Shown: piece by piece, positions 10,501-19,115 of the stretch | Layout: the number at the start of each line of letters is the position of its first letter | How positions within the stretch are numbered: position 1 is the first letter of the stretch | Source of the DNA: Deltaproteobacteria bacterium | GTDB taxonomy: Bacteria > Myxococcota > Myxococcia > SLRQ01 | Length of the DNA: 64,000 nt | Reading direction: 5' to 3' | Assembly (NCBI GenBank): GCA_007130885.1 | Contig: SLRQ01000042.1 | Span: 1,232 to 65,231, forward strand | Position numbers and translations under genes: made by a program | The notes under the pieces: generated by a model | What the model was told of the DNA's origin: nothing | The model's input: the letters and a program-made list of their open reading frames with translations, nothing else | The model's database searches: none

Positions 10501-10852
10501 CGACAGACCCGGTGTTTTTGCGGGTGGTGATGTCGTATCAGGACCGAGTACGGTGGTCGAAGCGATAGCGGCGGGTAAGAACGCGGCCAAAATGATCGAC
10601 AGGTACCTACGTAAAAAGGCGATGCGGGTACTTCCGAAGGTAGTGCTTCCAACTACTTACATTGCGCCGGTCGAAGACGATCTGAATGAAGATGAGACGG
10701 CGGAGCCCACGCGCGTTATTGCACCTCGAACTCAGGTTTCTGAAAGGACGGGATGCTTTGCCGAGGTGGAGCTTCCCCTCGAGGAGCGTGAAGCACTTTG
10801 CGAAGCGAGGCGGTGTCTGAGATGCGATCTGGATTTCACCCAGGCGGATTGA
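7580..10852 (+). CDS. hydB: NuoF-like FMN/NADH hydrogenase subunit (HydB) fused to a C-terminal GltD/NfnB-like FAD/NADP(H) oxidoreductase
   Basis: N-terminal thioredoxin-like FeS domain (GTCG...GCIGLCSEEP), GLRGRGGGGFP, NADEGDPGAFMDR, GGPSGG, ESCGKCIPCREG, SLCGLG. Then APCQTGCP...CARVCHHPCESIC, GGGPSG, GGGNSAID, YRRT, EARRCLRC. Confidence 0.9.
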   Translation: MTKNTPSNTAENCWPEPSPIHDDLLNWMPAGPLAAARAEGKKAIRAELSRLRRESVSKPVVFLGTGTCGLGAGAAKTLEAVRDYVEQGGLDVDVVEVGCIGLCSEEPILDVQLPRKARISFGSVTVTNLKDVLDGALKEDLSSIPKAEILGQFRGTGETWDGVRFIDEHPFMVRQRRVVLAASGIIDPTNIDEYIALGGYSALAKTLRGMTPIEVCDEVESSGLRGRGGGGFPAGKKWKFALGAESDRKYLICNADEGDPGAFMDRAVAESDPHRLIEGMLIAAYAIGASKSYIYIRAEYPLAIERLRSAIVQAREYGLVGENILDSGVNVDIVIKMGAGAFVCGEETALIHSIEGKRGMPRPRPPFPAVRGLFGKPTIINNVETLSNLSLILDRGAEWFAGMGTEGSKGTKVFALSGMVNRTGLLEVPMGTTLRQVVYEVGGGIPNNKPCKAVQIGGPSGGCVPEAHLDIPTDYEALKEFGTIMGSGGLVVVDDGTCMVDFAKFFMEFIQSESCGKCIPCREGTGRMLEILEALGRQRKDEKELDALLRIQGIMGLEKLARTIKDTSLCGLGQTAPNPVLSTLKWFREEYEAHVFERSCPAGACKDLVGAPCQTGCPVGTEAWRYVAHISRGEYPEAYEAIRSANPLPSTCARVCHHPCESICRAGSTGSQPIAIRSLKRFVVDAVEPSSYSPLVPTVGEGAKRVAVIGGGPSGLTAAHNLSLLGHKVTIIEREDRLGGMLVGAIPAYRLPREVLAKEIDALLNENIEVRYGEVLGRDISIDGLMDDYDAVYVATGSHKSKSLDLEGEDAKGIYRGIEFLNAHNLQGKELARGKVGVIGGGNSAIDAARVALRQKQVEQVTVFYRRTRAEMPAYEEEIEAGLEEGLVIEELVSPLSVSVKSGQLECFRLQRNKLGEPDESGRRRPVPIEGSELDVSLDTLIVAISEQPEETGLEKLRRTRWGTVEINMESHLTDRPGVFAGGDVVSGPSTVVEAIAAGKNAAKMIDRYLRKKAMRVLPKVVLPTTYIAPVEDDLNEDETAEPTRVIAPRTQVSERTGCFAEVELPLEEREALCEARRCLRCDLDFTQAD

Positions 10853-10935
10853 AAACGGCTGTTTCCAAGGTCGGTGGACCTCCCGGCTGACGATGTCGGT
10901 ACTGGGTCGAACACGGGAATCACGGAGAAGCAAAA

Positions 10936-12657
10936 ATGATTGGTATCGAAGCCAACGGACGAACTGTTGAAGCCAAAGCTGGAGAGACGATTCTATCCGT
11001 GCTGCGCAGAGAGGGAATTCACGTGCCTACTCTCTGTCACATGGAGGGGCTCGAGCCCAGTGGGGCCTGTCGCCTTTGCGTGGTAGAGCTGGAAGGGAGC
11101 GCCAACTTGGTGCCGGCTTGCTCGTTTCCCGTATCCGAGGGAATGAAGGTGCGAACGGGAACCCCGAAGGTGCTCGAGGCGAGAAAGACCATAGTAGAGC
11201 TGCTCTTGAGCAATCATCCCGATGACTGCCTCTACTGCTCGCGTAGTGGCAATTGCGATCTGCAAAAGTTGGCGGGAGACCTCGGTGTTCGGCAAAGGCA
11301 TTACCGAGAGCCTCGACCCAGCAGGGAATTGGACGTATCGAGCCCGTCCATAATCCGTGACCCGGCAAAGTGCATTCTCTGCGGTAGGTGCGTTCGTGTT
11401 TGTGAGGAGGTGCAGGCGGTTTCGGCGATCGACTTCACGGGGCGTGGGTCGCGCGCAATGGTTACTCCGGCGTTCAATTCCGGTCTCAATATGTCGAGCT
11501 GCATCAATTGTGGACAATGCGTGGTGGTTTGCCCAACAGGTGCCTTGGCCGAGAGATCGAGTGTTCAGGAGGTAATGGATGCGCTCTCAGATCCTGATTT
11601 GACGGTGATCGTTCAGCATGCACCGGCTGTTTCGGTTTCCTTGGCGGAGGAAGCAGGGCTGAAGCCCGCCACGGATGTAGACGGTAAAATGGTCGCTGCT
11701 CTACGGCGTATCGGTTTCGACCGCGTCTTTGATACCTCTTTTACGGCTGACCTCACAATTATGGAAGAGGGCAGTGAGCTGGTGGAGCGCGTCAACAATG
11801 GCGGGGTGCTGCCGATGCTGACGAGCTGCTCTCCCGGTTGGATCAAGTTCGTAGAAACCTTCTACCCTGAGTTCATTCCGAATGTATCGACCTGCAAGAG
11901 CCCACAGCAGATGTTGGGAGCGCTCGTAAAAAGTTTCTTCGCGGAAAGGGAACAACTCGATCCCAAGAAGATCGTCAGCGTTTCCATAATGCCTTGTACC
12001 GCCAAGAAGTTCGAGTGCAGCAGGCCTGAGATGGCTAATGATTATGTGCCGGATGTCGATTACGTTCTGACCACCCGCGAGCTTGGGCAGCTACTTCGCA
12101 TGTTCGGACTGGATTTGGCCTCACTCGAGCCGGAAGCCGCGGATTCACCATTCGGTGAGCGATCTTCCGCCGGAAAGATCTTTGGAGCATCTGGAGGGGT
12201 GATGGAGGCGGCGGTCAGGTCCGCTCACTATTTATTGACCGGAGAAGAACTCCAGAATCTCAAGATTCAGCCGCTCAGAGGGATGGCGGGAGTGAAGGAG
12301 TTGCGTGCAAATGTCGGTGGAGTTGAAATTGGTGCCTGCGTGGTAAGCGGTCTTGGAAATGCGAGAAATTTGCTCGACCAGATCAAGGTGGGACGCGACG
12401 ATTTGCACTTCATCGAGGTGATGACATGTCCGGGCGGTTGCGTCGGTGGTGGAGGACAGCCGATAGGAACCGAGCGAGATGCCGTGAAGTCGCGTATGGA
12501 GACTCTTTATCGAATAGACCGTGAGGAACAGCTTAGAGTTAGTCACAAGAATCCATGGGTGCTGCGACTATACGAGGAGTTCCTTGGTAAGCCTTTGAGC
12601 CATAAGAGCCATAAGCTGTTGCACACCACCTATGACAAGCGACACGTGCCGCTATAA
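10936..12657 (+). CDS. hydA: [FeFe]-hydrogenase catalytic subunit, group A3
   Basis: N-terminal 2Fe-2S, His-ligated 4Fe-4S (HPDDCLYC), two 4Fe-4S; H-cluster motifs TSCSPGW, MPCTAKKFE, EVMTCPGGCVGGGGQP. Confidence 0.96.
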   Translation: MIGIEANGRTVEAKAGETILSVLRREGIHVPTLCHMEGLEPSGACRLCVVELEGSANLVPACSFPVSEGMKVRTGTPKVLEARKTIVELLLSNHPDDCLYCSRSGNCDLQKLAGDLGVRQRHYREPRPSRELDVSSPSIIRDPAKCILCGRCVRVCEEVQAVSAIDFTGRGSRAMVTPAFNSGLNMSSCINCGQCVVVCPTGALAERSSVQEVMDALSDPDLTVIVQHAPAVSVSLAEEAGLKPATDVDGKMVAALRRIGFDRVFDTSFTADLTIMEEGSELVERVNNGGVLPMLTSCSPGWIKFVETFYPEFIPNVSTCKSPQQMLGALVKSFFAEREQLDPKKIVSVSIMPCTAKKFECSRPEMANDYVPDVDYVLTTRELGQLLRMFGLDLASLEPEAADSPFGERSSAGKIFGASGGVMEAAVRSAHYLLTGEELQNLKIQPLRGMAGVKELRANVGGVEIGACVVSGLGNARNLLDQIKVGRDDLHFIEVMTCPGGCVGGGGQPIGTERDAVKSRMETLYRIDREEQLRVSHKNPWVLRLYEEFLGKPLSHKSHKLLHTTYDKRHVPL

Positions 12658-12747
12658 GAGACGTATCGTCTTGTGAAGTTGTTTGCGGCGATTATGTTCA
12701 ACTGTGCACCACGTGAATTTGGCTCATGACCAAAAACGAGAAGAATC

Positions 12748-13161
12748 ATGGAAAGCAAACAAAAGGTACTAATCGTTGACGATGACGAGGATCTGCTCGA
12801 GCAGCTTACTCAGATTCTCGAAGGTGCCGGCTACGAAGTCCGCACGGCGGCAAGTCAGGCCGAGGGCGAAGAGATGTTGCTCTCCATTCGTCCGGATTTG
12901 GCTGTCTTTGATCTCATGATGGAGGAGATGGACAGCGGATTCATGCTGTCACATTACCTCAAGAAACTATACTCTGACGTTCCAGTCATATTGCTCACCG
13001 CGGTGACATCGTCAACCGGCCTGTCGTTCCAAGAGTCATCCACTGAAGCCCGTAGCTGGGTGAAAGTAGATGAGGTTCTCGACAAGCCGGTCCGAGCCGA
13101 GCAGATCAAATCGGTAGTGGCTCGCCTATTGAGCGAGGTGAAAGGAGCGCCCGACGGGTAG
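12748..13161 (+). CDS. Single-domain response regulator (receiver only)
   Basis: LIVDDD, FDLMM (phospho-Asp), LLTA, KP; no output domain. Confidence 0.9.
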   Translation: MESKQKVLIVDDDEDLLEQLTQILEGAGYEVRTAASQAEGEEMLLSIRPDLAVFDLMMEEMDSGFMLSHYLKKLYSDVPVILLTAVTSSTGLSFQESSTEARSWVKVDEVLDKPVRAEQIKSVVARLLSEVKGAPDG

Positions 13162-13180
13162 GCGGCCCATTGAGGCATTT

Positions 13181-15193
13181 ATGTCGATCCCACAGCTGGT
13201 CAAAACAATCAAGGAACGCTGTCGAGTTTGTTATACTTGTGTACGTGAATGTCCAGCTAAGGCCATACGAATCGCCGAGGGGCAGGCAGAGGTCATTGCC
13301 GGTAGATGCATAGGGTGTGGAAGCTGCGTTTGTGTGTGCGGACGTGGCGCCAAACAGGTTCTTGATTGCGCCGGAGGCGTGAGAACCCTGATGGACGGGA
13401 CTGCCCCCGTCGCGGCTCTTTTGGCACCCACTTTCCCAGTCGAGTTCAGGGAACGCTCGGCCGAGGAAGTGGCGGGAATGCTTCGGGCCATTGGTTTTGC
13501 GAGCGTTCATGAAGTCGGCTTTGGTGCCGACCTTGTAGCGTTGCGTTATCGCCGGCTTCTTACCGAGAAAGAAGGAAGGCGTTATATCGCGTCAACCTGT
13601 CCCGCCGTTGTCGGCTATGTTGAGCGCTACTATCCGGATCTCATCGACTCATTGGCCCCCATCGTTTCCCCGATGGTCGCAATGGCCCGGGCACTGCGAG
13701 CACTACATGGAGAAAAGCAGAAGTTTGTCTTCATAGGACCGTGTATCGCGAAAAAGGGTGAGGCGTCGGATGCAAACCTCCGGAAAGAGATTGACGCCGT
13801 ACTTACGTTCAACGAGCTCCGTACAATGCTTGATGAGGCCGCTGTGGATTGGGATGATGTTAGTCCTTGCGGCTTCGACCCACCTTTTGCGGGCCGCGGA
13901 GCCCTGCTGCCAATAAGCAGAGGGCTGCTTCATGCCGCGGATATTCGCGAAGATCTGGCTGAAAACATGGTGGTGGCGGCCGATGGTCGAGTCGACTTTC
14001 TCGAGGCGCTGAAAGAGTTCGAGTCCGGCGATCTTAGGGTTCGATTGTTGGAGGTGCTCGCCTGTAAGGGTTGTATATCGGGACCCGGCCTGCGGCTCGA
14101 CGAGCCGCTTTTCAGTCGACGCAGGAGGGTCAGTGAGTTTGTGCGCGGTAAGAAGTCTTCATTCGACTGGGAAGAATGGTCCAACACGTTGCGAGGACTG
14201 GTCGACCTCGATCTAAGTCGGGCTTACACTTGTCGGGATGCGCGAACCGACACGCCGAGAGATAACGAGGTTCGAAAGATTTTAATCCGCATGGGAAAGG
14301 ATTCGGAGGAAGAGGAACTCAACTGCGGCGCCTGCGGATACGAAACGTGCGGAGAGCACGCTGTGGCGATACTCGAGGGGCTGGCCGAGACCGAGATGTG
14401 CCTTCCTCATACAATCGAGCAGCTTCACAATGCGGTCGATGACCTGGCTGACTCGAATCGTCGTCTCGCAACCGCGAAGGAGGCGCTTATGCACTCGGAG
14501 AAGCTGGCGAACATGGGGCAGCTAGCGGCTGGGATTGCTCACGAGGTGAACAATCCATTGGGCGTGGTGTTGATGTATGCGCATCTCATGCGTGATGAGC
14601 ATACTAACGACCCCGAAATTGTGGAAGATCTCGAGACCATCGTCCGAGAAGCGGATCGCTGTAAGAAGATTGTCGCGGGCTTGCTCAACTTTGCTCGACA
14701 AACATCCGTTGTTCGTCAGAGCACCGATGTCAGGGGGTTGGTAGAGAGAACGTGCAGGTCTCTACCTCCACCGGAGGGAGTCCGCGTCGCCTTCGAGCAG
14801 AACCTAGAGAATCCCTTGGCCGAGGTCGATGGGGATCAAATTGCCCAGGTATTGACGAACCTGCTGTGCAACGCATACGACGCCACCGTCGATGGCGGCG
14901 GTGAGGTCACTATCAGCACCTCCGGTAATGACGAAGTCTTGGTGCTGAAAGTGACCGATACGGGTAAGGGGATTTCAGCTGAGAATTTGCCGAAGATCTT
15001 CGAGCCGTTCTTTACTACAAAGCAGATCGGTAGGGGTACGGGGCTCGGGCTGGCTGTAACCTATGGAATCGTCAAGATGCACAAGGGGGAGATTGATGTG
15101 CAATCAAACTCGGATGAGACCAAAGGACCAACGGGGACCGAAGTCACCGTGACGCTGCTTCGCAACTCAGATCCTGATGTTGGAGAGGCATGA
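13181..15193 (+). CDS. Sensory (group C, histidine-kinase-linked) [FeFe]-hydrogenase-like protein fused to HisKA/HATPase
   Basis: [12 protein letters not shown] ferredoxin, variant H-cluster motifs ASTCPAVV / GPCIAKKGE / [23 protein letters not shown] FeS domain, AHEVNNPL H-box, N/G1/F/G2 boxes (NLLCNA, DTGKG, FFTTK, GTGLGL). Confidence 0.9.
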   Translation: MSIPQLVKTIKERCRVCYTCVRECPAKAIRIAEGQAEVIAGRCIGCGSCVCVCGRGAKQVLDCAGGVRTLMDGTAPVAALLAPTFPVEFRERSAEEVAGMLRAIGFASVHEVGFGADLVALRYRRLLTEKEGRRYIASTCPAVVGYVERYYPDLIDSLAPIVSPMVAMARALRALHGEKQKFVFIGPCIAKKGEASDANLRKEIDAVLTFNELRTMLDEAAVDWDDVSPCGFDPPFAGRGALLPISRGLLHAADIREDLAENMVVAADGRVDFLEALKEFESGDLRVRLLEVLACKGCISGPGLRLDEPLFSRRRRVSEFVRGKKSSFDWEEWSNTLRGLVDLDLSRAYTCRDARTDTPRDNEVRKILIRMGKDSEEEELNCGACGYETCGEHAVAILEGLAETEMCLPHTIEQLHNAVDDLADSNRRLATAKEALMHSEKLANMGQLAAGIAHEVNNPLGVVLMYAHLMRDEHTNDPEIVEDLETIVREADRCKKIVAGLLNFARQTSVVRQSTDVRGLVERTCRSLPPPEGVRVAFEQNLENPLAEVDGDQIAQVLTNLLCNAYDATVDGGGEVTISTSGNDEVLVLKVTDTGKGISAENLPKIFEPFFTTKQIGRGTGLGLAVTYGIVKMHKGEIDVQSNSDETKGPTGTEVTVTLLRNSDPDVGEA

Positions 15194-15194
15194 A

Positions 15195-16349
15195 ATGAAT
15201 GAGCATCTACATTTGCTGATTGTAGATGACGAGCCAGGCATGTTGGCGGGCGCTGTCCGTGCGCTCAAGGATTATCGAGTCCAGACACTCGATGAATCGG
15301 AAGAAGTTCGCTTCGAAATCGCAACTGCGGAGAACGGTGAGGTCGCGCTGCGCAAAATCGCAGGCGAATGCCCGGATATTATTCTGCTAGATTATAAATT
15401 GCCCGGAGTGAACGGATTGGAGGTATTGCAGAAAGTTACGGAACAGTACCCCGACGTCTTGACGATAATGATCACTGCCTATGCCACCCTGGAGACGGCG
15501 GTGCTTGCCACTAAGCAGGGGGCTTACGATTTTGTTGCAAAGCCTTTCACTCCCGCGGAGTTGAAGAACGTGGTGCAAAAGGCGGCTAGGCATATTCTGC
15601 TTGCTCGACGTGCAAGGCAGCTTGCGGAAGAACGCCGGAGAATTAGATTCGAGTTTATTTCCATTCTCGCCCATGAACTCAAGTCACCGCTGAATGCCGT
15701 CGAAGGATATCTCAGAGGTATGAGGGATCACGTTGCGGGTGAAGAGCTTGCCGCTTATGACAAGTCCATTGCGAGAAGCCTGCTCCGCGTCAACGGTATG
15801 CGAAAGTTGATCTACGATCTCCTGGACTTGACCAGAATCGAAAGCGGAGAGAAGAAGCGAAACCTGACTAGAGTCAGTGTTACTGATATAGCCAAGGAAG
15901 CATTGGCGAACCTGAGCGAGGATGCCCTCGGGCGAGATATTGAAATGGAGTTGGAGTCTACTGCAAATGTTGAGATGCAAGCGGACCGCGGTGAGCTGGA
16001 AATTATAATGAATAATCTTGTTTCCAACGCAGTGAAATACAACACAGATGGAGGTCGAGTAGGCGTTCGTGTTCTCGCGGGCGAAGAGACGGTGATCATA
16101 GAGGTCGACGACACCGGCATCGGATTGACGGAAGAGGAAGCGGCCCGTCTCTTCAACGATTTCGTGAGGATCAAGAACGAAAAAACTCGAGGCATACTCG
16201 GGTCCGGATTGGGACTTGCCATTGTGCGAAAGCTCGCCTCCTTGTATGGAGGTGAAGTCTCCGTCGAGAGTACGCCTGATGAGGGCAGCAAGTTTACAGT
16301 GGTATTGACGCGTTATCCCCGGAGTGAGGCTGCCTCGATGGGTAGTTAG
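15195..16349 (+). CDS. Hybrid receiver-histidine kinase
   Basis: LIVDDE, LLDYKLP receiver; AHELKSPL, NLVSNAVKY, DTGIG, GSGLGL. Start taken at ATG 15195 after GGAGAGG. Confidence 0.9.
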   Translation: MNEHLHLLIVDDEPGMLAGAVRALKDYRVQTLDESEEVRFEIATAENGEVALRKIAGECPDIILLDYKLPGVNGLEVLQKVTEQYPDVLTIMITAYATLETAVLATKQGAYDFVAKPFTPAELKNVVQKAARHILLARRARQLAEERRRIRFEFISILAHELKSPLNAVEGYLRGMRDHVAGEELAAYDKSIARSLLRVNGMRKLIYDLLDLTRIESGEKKRNLTRVSVTDIAKEALANLSEDALGRDIEMELESTANVEMQADRGELEIIMNNLVSNAVKYNTDGGRVGVRVLAGEETVIIEVDDTGIGLTEEEAARLFNDFVRIKNEKTRGILGSGLGLAIVRKLASLYGGEVSVESTPDEGSKFTVVLTRYPRSEAASMGS

Positions 16350-16352
16350 ACA

Positions 16353-17747
16353 ATGGTAGAAATTAAGCGAAAAGGAATAATCGAAGAAGATCAAATTTAC
16401 GAGACCCTCAAACGGGCACGTAGTCATGATTCGAGCATGGTTCGTGATATCTTGGCGAAGGGCAGGGCGCTAGAGGGGTTGGATGAGCAAGACATTGCGG
16501 TGCTGACCGGTGTGTCGGATCCAAACCTTCTAGCGGAGATGTTCGATGCGGCAAGAAATGTAAAGGATTTGGTGTACGGAAATCGGCTTGTGCTGTTCGC
16601 TCCGCTGTACATCTCCAACCTTTGCGGGAATGAATGCGTGTACTGCGCCTTCAGAGTGAGGAATACCGATGTCAAGCGGCGTGCGCTGGATCAGGAGGAG
16701 ATCGCGGATGAAGTAAGGCACTTGGTGTCTCAGGGTCACAAGAGGATACTGTTGGTGGCAGGAGAGGCATATCCACGAGAGGGCTTTTCCTACATCCTTC
16801 GTTCCATAGACACTATCTATGACTCCGCCCGAGGCCATGGTGAAATACGGCGTGCGAACGTCAATATTGCCCCGTTGACATCAGGCGAGTTCAAGCTTCT
16901 TCGTGAAGCAAGGATCGGCACTTATCAGTTATTCCAGGAAACCTATCATCAAGAAACCTATCGACAGGTGCATGTTTCCGGAAGGAAGATGGATTTCGAC
17001 TGGCGTATTTCAGCTATGGATAGAGCCGTGGAAGCTGGGATCGATGATGTCGGGATTGGCGTTCTTTTTGGTTTATTCGACTGGCGATTCGAGATTCTTG
17101 CATTGTTGCAACACATTCGGCATCTTGAGAGGAAGCACGGTATCGGGCCTCATACTATTTCCGTTCCACGACTCGAACCGGCGGTAGGTTCCGATATTGC
17201 GTCCCAACCTCCTCATCCTGTCTCCGATCTGGATTTTCGGAGAATTGTAGCGATTTTGCGGCTGGCGGTTCCTTACACGGGAATCATAATGTCAACACGC
17301 GAGAGTGCCGATATGCGCCGGGAGACTTTTGCTCTAGGCGTTTCACAGATATCGGCGGGAAGTCGCACCAATCCAGGGGGGTATGGGGCCGAGCGGCCGG
17401 ATGAGGCTCAGTTCTCGCTGGGGGATCATAGAAGCTTGGACGACGTGGTTAGGGATGTTGCTTCCCTTGGATACGTACCGTCGTTCTGTACTGCTTGCTA
17501 TCGTTTGGGAAGAACCGGCGGGGATTTCATGGATTTGGCCAAGCCCGGTCTAATCAAGACCCACTGCCAACCGAACGCTGTCGCTACATTTCAGGAGTTT
17601 CTTCTCGACTACGGGTCGCCGAGGACGCGCGAGGTGGGTCGAGAAACGATTGCAAGGGCAATGGAAGAGATGGATGGCGGTACCAGAAGAAAAACAGAAA
17701 GGATGCTAGGGCGCCTGAGAGAAGGGCGTCGTGATGTTTATTGTTGA
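16353..17747 (+). CDS. hydG: [FeFe]-hydrogenase maturase HydG (radical SAM)
   Basis: LFAPLYISNLCGNECVYCAF, YQLFQETY, GPHTISVPR, C-terminal auxiliary cluster SFCTACY...C (absent from ThiH). Confidence 0.95.
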   Translation: MVEIKRKGIIEEDQIYETLKRARSHDSSMVRDILAKGRALEGLDEQDIAVLTGVSDPNLLAEMFDAARNVKDLVYGNRLVLFAPLYISNLCGNECVYCAFRVRNTDVKRRALDQEEIADEVRHLVSQGHKRILLVAGEAYPREGFSYILRSIDTIYDSARGHGEIRRANVNIAPLTSGEFKLLREARIGTYQLFQETYHQETYRQVHVSGRKMDFDWRISAMDRAVEAGIDDVGIGVLFGLFDWRFEILALLQHIRHLERKHGIGPHTISVPRLEPAVGSDIASQPPHPVSDLDFRRIVAILRLAVPYTGIIMSTRESADMRRETFALGVSQISAGSRTNPGGYGAERPDEAQFSLGDHRSLDDVVRDVASLGYVPSFCTACYRLGRTGGDFMDLAKPGLIKTHCQPNAVATFQEFLLDYGSPRTREVGRETIARAMEEMDGGTRRKTERMLGRLREGRRDVYC

Positions 17748-17772
17748 TGGGATGGTATAGAGGAGTTGGCCG

Positions 17773-18975
17773 ATGAGAAGTGCTCCACGTAACCTTCGAT
17801 TACACATAGGCTTTCTGGGCAGGCGGAATGTAGGCAAGTCGAGTCTCCTCAATGCGCTGGCCGGGCAGGAGGTTGCGATAGTATCCCCGACACCGGGTAC
17901 TACGACCGACCCTGTTGAAAAGCCCATGGAGCTGCTGCCTTTGGGGCCGGTAGTGCTGGTCGATACTGCTGGAGTCGATGACGAGGGCGCTCTTGGAGAG
18001 ATGCGCATCAGTCGTACGAGGCGGGTGATCGAACGGGTGGACCTAGCGGTTTTGGTGGTGGACGGAGAATTGAGAGAGTTCGAAGAAAACTTGATAGATG
18101 AATTGAGGGCAAGAGGGGTGACCACGCTTGTTTGCTTCAATAAGGCTGACGAGATTAGGCCCGAGCAAAGAGCGCTGAATGATCTGTCAGTTCGAGGGAT
18201 CCCATACGTTGTAGCCAGTGCCAAGACGGGTGATGGCGTGGAAGAGTTGCGACAAGCGCTTTTGCGGGCGGCTCCGGAGGATCATTTCGAGGCACGAAGG
18301 ATAGTTGGTGATCTCGTGGGAGCCGGGGACCTCGTAGTCCTCGTCGTGCCCATAGATGATGAGGCCCCCAAGGGCCGTCTGATTCTTCCACAGGTTCAAA
18401 CATTGAGGGATCTGCTCGATTCGGATGCGGCGGCGGTCGTGACAAAGGAGTCTGGCCTAAGCCGGGTCTTGTCCGTGCTCGAGCGGCCGCCGAAGCTGAT
18501 CGTCACTGACTCGCAGGCTTTCGAGCACGTGATGAGCACAGCTCCGGAAAGTGTTCCGGTAACATCCTTCTCGATTTTGTTTGCCCGGCTGCAGGGCGAC
18601 CTAGGAGAGATGGTCAAGGGTGCCCGAAGCATCGAGCATTTACGCGATGGCGACAAGGTTCTGGTCGCCGAGGGATGTTCACATCACCCTATTGGAGAGG
18701 ACATCGGCCGAGTCAAGATTCCGAGATGGCTGCGAAAATACAGCGGAGCGGAACTTTTCTTCGAGACGGTGGCTGGACGAGACTTTCCAGAGGACTTATC
18801 TCCCTACAAGCTGGTGATTCACTGCGGCAACTGCATGGGCAACCGTAGAGAGATGCTCTCGCGGATTCTGCGCTGCAGCCAAGCCAATGTTCCCATCACG
18901 AACTACGGAATAACATTAGCTCTTTCCCTTGGAATCCTCGACAGAGCCCTGCGGCCGTTTTCCCCTTCCCATTGA
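17773..18975 (+). CDS. hydF: [FeFe]-hydrogenase maturation GTPase HydF
   Basis: GRRNVGKSS, GTTTDPV, DTAG, NKAD, APKGRLILPQ, EGCSHH, HCGNCM. Confidence 0.96.
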   Translation: MRSAPRNLRLHIGFLGRRNVGKSSLLNALAGQEVAIVSPTPGTTTDPVEKPMELLPLGPVVLVDTAGVDDEGALGEMRISRTRRVIERVDLAVLVVDGELREFEENLIDELRARGVTTLVCFNKADEIRPEQRALNDLSVRGIPYVVASAKTGDGVEELRQALLRAAPEDHFEARRIVGDLVGAGDLVVLVVPIDDEAPKGRLILPQVQTLRDLLDSDAAAVVTKESGLSRVLSVLERPPKLIVTDSQAFEHVMSTAPESVPVTSFSILFARLQGDLGEMVKGARSIEHLRDGDKVLVAEGCSHHPIGEDIGRVKIPRWLRKYSGAELFFETVAGRDFPEDLSPYKLVIHCGNCMGNRREMLSRILRCSQANVPITNYGITLALSLGILDRALRPFSPSH

Positions 18976-19115
18976 CGCGGATGGCACGGCGCATTATGAG
19001 ACCGGTCCGTACATCCCCCCGTATCGCGGCAGGCGGGTGGGGTCTCCCTCGCCATTAGTTGACCGCGGGCGAATCCGACAAGCACTAGGCCACACCTAAA
19101 GCGCTGGTGATACCA

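Noticed and set aside
6981-12657. Respiratory complex I nuoEFG
   Set aside because: The third subunit has complete H-cluster motifs and no membrane nuo genes are present.
12671-12729. Additional Rex boxes before the receiver gene (TTGTGAA..., CGTGAA...)
   Set aside because: Only half-sites match; the second halves or spacing deviate too much.
16353-17747. Thiazole synthase ThiH
   Set aside because: The C-terminal CxxC...C cluster motif and hydF/hydA context indicate HydG.
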